The notes under the pieces were generated by a model. It was not told where the DNA came from, searched no databases, and saw only the letters and a program-made list of their open reading frames with translations. A stretch of 44,193 nucleotides of DNA from Octopus sinensis (Eukaryota): assembly GCF_006345805.1 (NCBI RefSeq), contig NW_021834923.1:1-44193 (forward strand), written 5' to 3'. The translations under genes were made by a program, and so were the position numbers. Every line of letters starts with the position of its first letter. Position 1 is the first letter of the stretch. Of this stretch, positions 1 to 44,193 are shown piece after piece.

Positions 1-60
1 TCATAGTGTTTCTTGAACCAGGTATTTTCACTTCCTGCTCCTCAATTTACCTCTATGTGT

Positions 61-126
<66 letters not shown>

Positions 127-131
127 CCTAC

Positions 132-563
132 CTCTCTTACTCATTTACTCTTTTACTCTTTTACTTGTTTCAGTCATTTTGACTGCGGCCATGCTGGAGC
201 ACCGCCTTTTAGTCGAGCAACACTCGACCCCGGTACTTATTCTTTGTAAGCCCAGTACTTATTCTATCGGTCTCTTTTGCCGAACCGCTAAGTGTTGGGG
301 ACGTAAACACACCAGTATCGGTTGTTAAGCAATGCTAGGGGGACAAACACAGACACACAAACACACACACGCATATATATATCTATATATACATATAGAC
401 GACGGGCTTCTTTCAGTTTCCGTCTACCAAATCAACTCACAAAGCTTTGGTCGGCCCGAGGCTATAGTAGAAGACACTTGCCCAAGGTGCCACGCAGTGG
501 GACTGAACCCGGAACCATGTGGTTGGTAAAGAAGCTACTTACCACACAGCCACTCCTGCACCT
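132..563 (-). mobile_element. tRNA-derived SINE family A, near full length
   Basis: On the minus strand: head AGG(C/T)GCAGGAGTGGCTGTGTGGT with A-box and B-box (GGTTCAGTCCC), central TA/CA microsatellite and (AAAAGAGT)n tail. Confidence 0.85.
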
Positions 564-685
564 ATATACATGTATATATATATACACACGCACATATGTA
601 TATATATACATACATATATACACATATATATATATATAAACATATATATATATATATATATATGCATATACACATAGACATGTAT

Positions 686-721
<36 letters not shown>

Positions 722-1104
722 ATATTATATATATATATAATGGCATATACACACAAGAGTTATGCAGTGGAGTAGGTAAGATCTGTGCTACGTTTTGTAG
801 CGGGTGGAACTTCAAAAGTGGTAAAAATCCAAGCGAGGCGTATACCGTCGGCTGCTCCTCAGGCCGAAGATGTTTTGATTAAATTAAAGGTTATATCATC
901 GCAAGGGTGCACATGTTGACGCATAGAAGATTCAATGCACCTACCGCAGAATATAAAAGAACCTTTTCAGCTTATCGTTCTTCGATAGGAAAAAATCCAC
1001 AATCATTCATCTCAATAAACCAATATTGTTCCTGAAAGTTGTTCTTTTTATTTACTATGGATTGCTTGAAGCTAACCTTCTTCCTACACCTTGATCTCTA
1101 TTTC

Positions 1105-1189
<85 letters not shown>

Positions 1190-1280
1190 ATATATATATG
1201 TGTGTGTGTGTGTGTATGTATTATATATATATATGTTGTATATATATATATGTATATATATATGTATATATATTGTTATA

Positions 1281-1320
<40 letters not shown>

Positions 1321-1348
1321 GTATATATATATGTATATATATCTATAT

Positions 1349-1400
<52 letters not shown>

Positions 1401-1708
1401 AAAAAATTCAAGATAGAAAATGCTAAAATAATTTTATAAAAAAACATTTCAGTACCGGTTTCAGTTGTTTGAGATTTTTTCAACTGTAACAATTAAATAA
1501 TTAAATTTAGAAAAATTAAAAGAAAGGTTTTTTTAAAAAGAATATTTGTATAGTGTTCAAATACAAGGGTATTTTCCTTGTTTCTGCCTGTCTCTGTCTC
1601 TCTTGTTTACTCTTGTGGGTTCGAGGTCCTTGTGAATTCTTGTATATATTTGTTTTTGTTTTTTCCAGTTTCAGCTCTTGAGCTGTGGCCATGCTGGGGC
1701 ACCGCCAT

Positions 1709-1875
1709 TGTGGTGAAAGAGTACAGCAGGGATCACCACCCCCTGCCGGAGCCTCGTAGAGCTTTTAGGTGTTTTTTTCGCTCAATAAACACACACAACG
1801 CCCGGTCTGAGAATCGAAACCGCGATCCTGCGACCGCGAGTCCGCTGCCCTAACCACTAGGCCATTGCGCCTCCA
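1709..1875 (-). mobile_element. SINE family B, 5' fragment
   Basis: Reverse complement of the head TGGAGGCGCAATGGCC(C/T)AGTGGTTAGGGCAGCGGACTCGCGGTC seen at 10207 and 20920. Confidence 0.8.
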
Positions 1876-2647
1876 TATATATATTGCTTATCTCCAAAAC
1901 AACCGAATAATGTTGCACACCAAATTTTCAGGAAAATGTCATTGCTTAAATGCATAGAAAAGCAACATACGTACGACAACCACTATTGCTCGGTTGTTTT
2001 TAAACATCGCAACAATCCAAGTGAAACGAAACCACAGGAAAACAAATGAATTCTTTTTTTTTACATCAGACTAACTACCCTACTTCCTGAATAGATATTA
2101 TCATTATATAATTGTGTTTAAGAAATAATCTACGTAACAAAAATTACAGGAAATTATTCAATGACCGTGAAATATTAAATCACGAAGCGAGAAAATAATC
2201 AACAGAATGTAAGATTTTAAAATCTCTGCAATAAGGTTCACATAATTAATAGATACAATTCATATTTTCAGGTGTACGCACATGTATCCATTCATCCACC
2301 AGAAATTCTATTTCTTTCAAAATTCATGGAAAATTTATATTTTCAGTGGATGTCATTTCAATTCATTTTATAGGAAACATACAGGGATTGGACAAAATTG
2401 TGATGCTATGATGCTAGTTGTTTCCATTATTTATCCGACCCCTGTAATTGTCTTCCAGGGAAAAGGCTTAACGGAATTTCGTCTGTCTTTAGATTCTGAG
2501 TTTAAATTCCGCCATAAAATAGGTATCCTTTCAATACAAGGGTCGATGTAAGCAACTTACTCCTGCTCTGAAATGCCTGGCCTTGTGACAAAATTTATTG
2601 CAGATCTGTTTTATACACTCTCTTAGAAACTCATTGTTATGTTACAG

Positions 2648-38980
<36,333 letters not shown>

Positions 38981-39060
38981 GTTAGTGAACGCTTCTTCTC
39001 TTCTATTGTTATATTCTTATTACTTACTAACTCTTTCTACTGCTCACATTAAAATAATAA

Positions 39061-39190
39061 CTCTCCTACCCTGATGTAATCTCCATGGATACAGGCATCC
39101 ATCAACAGGACCTCCGTAATGCTATGATGGACCGTGAAGTCTGGCGTAGCATGGTAAATTCCATTGTCTCGACCACGGTCGAACAATGAT
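39061..39190 (+). mobile_element. RTE-clade LINE 3' end
   Basis: LSYPDVIS.DTG..QDLRNAMMDREVWRSMV..-stop followed by a short (GAT) tail. Confidence 0.7.
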
Positions 39191-39197
39191 GATATAA

Positions 39198-39248
<51 letters not shown>

Positions 39249-39259
39249 GTATATATATT

Positions 39260-39332
<73 letters not shown>

Positions 39333-39347
39333 ATATATATATATATT

Positions 39348-39435
<88 letters not shown>

Positions 39436-39485
39436 AATATATTATACATACATACATACAATACATACATACATACATACATACA

Positions 39486-39516
<31 letters not shown>

Positions 39517-40329
39517 CATCTCTTGTGAAAGGTAGAGAGTCCAGTTTGCTTACTATTTTTGCCCAAAAATAATTTCTGTGTAATATAGAATTGATTATTG
39601 AAGATTTTCATTAGATTCATTGCAGTCATATTTACTTGGAAAGAAAAGGAAATGGAAGCAATTTTGTGAATTCACTTCCTTTACCGGGTGCTGTGTTGTG
39701 TTCTTGAGCAAAGCACTTCATCTCGTGTTGCTTTGCCACCACTTCAACACCTCATGTGTGGTACACTGCGCACCTCGCAATTTGTTTTACGGTTAACCGC
39801 CGATTAGCGCAACCAGTCATTGTACGATGGCGGGAATAGCATACGAGAAACAATCTCTCTTATCATCTCACAGCGCCCCCTGTCTGGTTTCTGTGACTGA
39901 AGAGCTAACCACTTCGAAATGCTTACATCTCACAGTCTGGGTAGGTGGCGCCGTGAGCTGATTTTTGTGTATCTACACCCTTTGTCTACAGCGAGAAATT
40001 TTCTCCATGACAAAACACAGTGAATGGCTTTGTTACGAATTCGAATATTCCAGAAACATATTTGAACAAGTAATAAACTTGTATCTAAAATGTTGAGTAT
40101 AAACTGTATTGTCCATCCATGCCTCTCCTGCAGAGGATCTTTTCTCGAATGAGGCAACGGTAAATGACAATTGGAGCTGTATATAAAATATAGGGCCCAT
40201 GGATTACTGATTTTAAAAATTAATTATATAACAATAATAGAATGAATTATTGTATACAGTGCTCAAGTGCACCACAACTGTCAGAAGTGCATATAAGTAC
40301 ATGCAGTAATGTAGAAATTCTGAGAAGGG

Positions 40330-40965
40330 AACATGCTTGTGTGTGTATGGAGGGGAGAGAAAATCAAGTGTAGTGTTTGCGAATCTCAGGAGCATGGAAG
40401 TTTTGAAGGATGCAGTGCTCCGACAACTAACAACTGATGCCGGCAGTTTGTTCCATGCTTCAGCAACTCTCAGCGTGAAAAATGTTTCCTAAAGTCATGG
40501 GAGCTGTGCTGTTTTCTTACTTTGTAAATATGACCATGGGTGGAGTTTGAAAAGGTGCTCAGAGTTATTGTTTGTGCAATGGTTAATAACTTTATGGGTG
40601 TCTGCCAAGTCAGCTGCCAGACGTCGGAGTTTCAATGTGTCCATGCCCAGGGAAGTAAGGCGTTCATAATATGGCAAATGCCTGATGGAGGGTATTCTCT
40701 TGGTTGTCAGATACATGCTTGCGTGTGTATGGAGGGGAGAAAGATCAGGTGTAGTGTTGGCGAATCTCAGGAAGCATGGAAGTTTTGAAGGATGCAGTGC
40801 TCCGACAACTAACAACTGATGCCGGCAGTTTGTTCCATGCTTCAGCAACTCTCAGCGTGAAAAAATGTTTCCTGAAGTCATGGGAGCTGTGCTGTTTTCT
40901 GACTTTGTAAACATGTCCACGGGTGTTAGACGGGTGAAGTTTGAAAAGGTGCTCAGAGTTATTAT
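40330..40965 (-). mobile_element. Two head-to-tail CR1 LINE 3' ends
   Basis: RRIPSIRHLPYYERLTSLGMDTLKLRRLAADL and TRGHVYKVRKQ..RKHFFTLRVAEAWNKLPASVV; copies at about 40330-40712 and 40713-40965 share their 3' ends. Confidence 0.88.
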
Positions 40966-40993
40966 TCATAACGATTTCTCCTTATATTTCCAG

Positions 40994-41058
40994 ATTCAAG
41001 TTCTGGCAATGAAGTAAATGTGGAGAACATCAGGAGCGAACTTACAGATGAAAAGTAA
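40994..41058 (+). CDS. Candidate terminal exon: (N)SSSGNEVNVENIRSELTDEK-stop
   Basis: Pyrimidine-rich acceptor ttctccttatatttccag, phase-1 compatible with the LRRCT exon, TAA at 41056-41058, AATAAA at 41494-41499. Not confirmable without transcripts. Confidence 0.4.
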
Positions 41059-41345
41059 AAGAAAAATAATGTCTTCGAGATCACCGATGATGTTTAAGGC
41101 CATATTTTTCAGTCCATAAAACTCAATTTTCTTCTCATCTTTTATCTTTTACTTTTTCGGTCATTAGCTAGCGGTCATGCTGGAGCACAGGCTTGAAGCA
41201 TCATTTTAAGTACAATGAATCGACCCCGGTGCTTATTTTTTTTAAAGTCTAGTATTTTTCTATCGGTCTCGGCGATGTAAATGTACCAACACCGGTTGTC
41301 AAGCGATATGAGGACAGACATAGACACAAAGATCAAATGCACTTG

Positions 41346-41382
<37 letters not shown>

Positions 41383-41672
41383 CTATAATATATATATATA
41401 TATATAGATTATAATGTATATATATATACAACAGCACTTAATATATATATATCTTTTTTTTTTGTTTTTCAATGTAATTCTTTTGAATCGAAGAATAAAA
41501 CTGGTTTATTGCTGCAATGTACTTTTGAGTTGGTAAATGGAAAGGTTTTGCTGGTTGCGTGAATAATACCTAAAACACATTTGCGAACATTTAACTGAAA
41601 TATTTCTTTGCAGGACATTTAAAGGTATTGGATGTTAGCTACTTACAATGAATGACATGAATATTTGCTGAC

Positions 41673-42112
41673 TGAGAGAGAGAGAGAGAGAGGGAGAGAG
41701 AGAGAGGGGGAGAGAGAGGAGAGGGGGGGGGAGAGAGGGGGAGAGAGGGGGAAGGGAGAGAGTGAGAGAGAAAGAAAGAGTGAGTGAGGGAGAGGGAGAG
41801 AGCGGGGAGAGAGAGGGAGGGATGGATGGAGAGAGGGAGAGAAAGAGAAAGAGGGGGAGGGAGAGAGGGAGAGAGAAAGAGAGAGTGAGTGAGAGAGAGT
41901 GAGAGAGAGGGGAAGGGAGAGAGAAGGTGGGAAGGAGAGAGAGAGGGAGAGAGGGAGAGAAAGAGAGAGAGAGGGGGAGAGAGAGATGGAGAGGGAGAGA
42001 GAGAGGGATAGAGAGGGGGAGAGAGAGAGAAAGAGAGAGAGAGGGGTAGGGAGAGAGATGGAGGGAGGGAGGGAGAGAAAAGAGAGAGGGAGAGAGGGAG
42101 AGAGAGAGAGAA
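41673..42112. repeat. (GA)-rich low-complexity tract
   Basis: Direct reading. Confidence 0.95.
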
Positions 42113-42749
42113 ACTACTTTGAAATTATCTGTGTGACAACATGCGGTCGATCCCAATATATATGGAGTCCACTGCGCAAATCTTCATAGAGGGAGAAGTC
42201 CTTGGCCTGTATGTGAGAAGCTGAACAGCAAAACGGTCTTTTATAGGCTACAAAAGCATTCTAGAAAACTACATCACGCCACAGCCATATGTTGCTGGGT
42301 TGCTTAATGGACCGTCCAAGTGAAACTGTGATACTTTTTACGTGGTGTCTGACCAATTATCTAGCGGCTGAGGTTTCGAATCACTGCTACAAGTTAAAAT
42401 ACTGGAGTACACCAATCAAAGTTAAAATACTGCCTGGGGAAAAACAGGGACTCCCTCAATTACAAGACACATATGCAACTGATTAGGACCATCTTTGATG
42501 ATTTATCTAATTAGTGTTATCAGGTCTTTAACTTTCTTAAACAGCTACCTCTCCAAAAAAGCAGTGTGCATATATCTGTATTTTCTACGTTCACACCGAC
42601 CACTCCTCCTTTAACATAACACAAGCACGTGATTGTGCATGCTTACCTGAATGGTCTACACGGAAATTTTATAATCACTAAGTTACGGGGACGTAACTAC
42701 ACCAACCTCGATTGGCAAGCGATGGTGGAGGGACACAGACACACATACA

Positions 42750-42781
<32 letters not shown>

Positions 42782-42785
<4 letters not shown>

Positions 42786-43117
42786 CAGGGCAAGACTGCT
42801 AGGTAGTCGGCCGTATGCTAGAAATAGATCATCAACGATCAGAAAGCTGGGGTTAGTTTTTCAGATTGCATTTACACTGAACGATTGTACTGATGAGGCC
42901 ACGGACATTTGAATTATGTAAGTAATTCTTTTGTTAAAGGCCGAAACCGAGGTATGCAATTAATTCTGTTTTTTATATAAATTTCCATCTGTCCTGCCCG
43001 CCAAATTTGGTTCTGGTGTTCGCTGAATTTTTCCTCTAGAGAACTTTCTTTGTAGTTTGATCGTTGATGATCTATTTCTAGCATACGGCCGACTACCTAG
43101 CAGTCTTGCCCTGTCAA
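42782..43117. mobile_element. MITE, 336 bp, about 60-bp TIRs, TA target site (Tc1/mariner-type)
   Basis: ttggcagggcaagactgctaggtagtcggccgtatgctagaaatagatcatcaacgatca at left; its reverse complement at 43058-43117 with one mismatch. Confidence 0.88.
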
Positions 43118-43225
43118 TATACACATATATTAAGAATTTTCTCTGACTTCTCAGATTTTGTATGCTAGACTACTGGTTTTAAATTGATATTAAAATTAAT
43201 ATTAATTTATCTCCCTCTCTTATTT

Positions 43226-43256
<31 letters not shown>

Positions 43257-43299
43257 CCTTAAATCCTTAAAATGTTTAGCCCGAAGGCCGCGGCCATGC

Positions 43300-43590
43300 T
43301 GGGGCACCACCGCTGAATGAGCTACACTAATTTGTGAATCCACCTCTGATACGTGGCACTTGATCAACAAGAGAGTTCGATGCAGCTGCCCGCATCTGTG
43401 TCTCCTGTCGTGAGGTAGGTTCATCTGGGACCCCCGACAAGAAGAGATCCAGTTTAGTTTTAAAGAAACCCACATCCACACCATGTAAGTCTCTCAGGCA
43501 TTTAGGGAGGATGTTAAAGAGCTGTGGTCCTCTGAAACCCAAGCTGTTGCAGTATCTGGACCTGTATTTTGGAAATTCTGGAACCACCGT
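43300..43590 (-). mobile_element. CR1/L2-group LINE 3' fragment
   Basis: NSLGFRGPQLFNILPKCLRDL..FKTKLDLFLSGVPDEP..AASNSLVDQ. Confidence 0.85.
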
Positions 43591-43895
43591 TGACACTGAC
43601 TTACATTTATTGTCCGATCCCCATTTACTGCATCAATATTCCTCACAATTTCCATTGCATTGTTGCCTTTATTGAACTCATAAGGCAAAATATGCTGAAT
43701 ATGCTCGTTTGTTAATTCCATTATAGCTGTTAAAACCAAACTGCACTCTTTAAAACATGCACAAAGAATAAGGCCAGAGTAAAATTATTACCTGCTTTTA
43801 TAGCAAGTTGATGCAGGTAGTTTACCCCCGTCCCCCTCCAAATTTTAGTTCATGCAATTGGAAAAACCGCATTATTTATGGGATGACCCAATATA
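43585..43895 (-). mobile_element. Mariner 5' fragment (TIR plus N-terminal HTH)
   Basis: Minus strand: TIR-like ttgggtcatcccataaataatgcggtttt after TA, then HIQHILPYEFNKGNNAMEIVRNI..SQCQRWFQNF. Confidence 0.8.
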
Positions 43896-43949
43896 TATAT
43901 TCATAGTTGCCCATCTCTATTTATGCGTGTGTGTGTGTGTGTGTGTGTG

Positions 43950-44193
43950 TACCCGACGGGGTACATAAAAGAAACTGGAATTTTACAATATTACTTTATT
44001 CACTTAGTTTTACATATTAACACTTTTATCACCTTTGAAGTATTCTCCACCTGAAGCAATGCAGAGACCCAAACGCGTTTTCCACTGTTCAAAACAGTCC
44101 TGGAACTCTTGTGAAGTGATGCCTTTTAACGCCTCCGTCGTATTTTTCTTTTTCCTTCACCTCCTCTACATCTGCAAATTCCCTGGCACCAGC
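43950..44193 (-). mobile_element. Mariner 3' fragment running off the window edge
   Basis: TTEALKGITSQEFQDCFEQWKTRLGLCIASGGEYFKGD, a typical mariner transposase C-terminus. Confidence 0.8.

Noticed and set aside
760-1060. Higher-complexity island with a gtag/gtaaga donor-like site, as a possible upstream exon
   Set aside because: No acceptor or frame compatible with a signal peptide or LRRNT, and no recognisable protein motif in any frame; probably an unidentified TE fragment.
41614-41652. Acceptor tttctttgcag followed by HLKVLDVSYLQ-stop, or an 11-nt micro-exon with donor gtattg, as an alternative exon after the LRRCT
   Set aside because: It is very short, lacks the cassette flanks and is only loosely LRR-like, so chance cannot be excluded without transcripts.

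Overview
This is AT-rich, microsatellite- and SINE-dense animal genomic DNA, not prokaryotic. The tRNA-derived SINE families, Helitron-like repeats and RLE/CR1/RTE/mariner fossils look like those of an octopod cephalopod (inferred from repeat content, not from a database hit). Almost every ORF in the supplied track is a microsatellite or SINE artefact. The real coding content is a spliced + strand gene that the track mostly misses: 22 tandem leucine-rich-repeat (LRR) exons at 2648-37384. Twenty-one are exactly 72 nt (one 24-aa LRR each), one is an in-frame 48-nt derivative, and all are phase 2-2 with AG/GT boundaries. They are followed by an LRR C-terminal cap (LRRCT) exon at 38814-38980 and a candidate short terminal exon at 40994-41058. 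The 5' part (signal peptide/LRRNT) is not visible and presumably lies upstream of the window. The exons sit in recognisably homologous intronic cassettes, and two recent cassette duplications are visible. The exon 8/9 pair differs only by non-synonymous changes at predicted concave-face residues, and every join among exons 1-21 keeps both the frame and the conserved Leu. This fits an actively expanding, modular LRR recognition protein that could be diversified by combinatorial splicing. That is a hypothesis: single-LRR 72-nt exons are also normal in constitutively spliced genes such as SLIT and RXFP/LGR.
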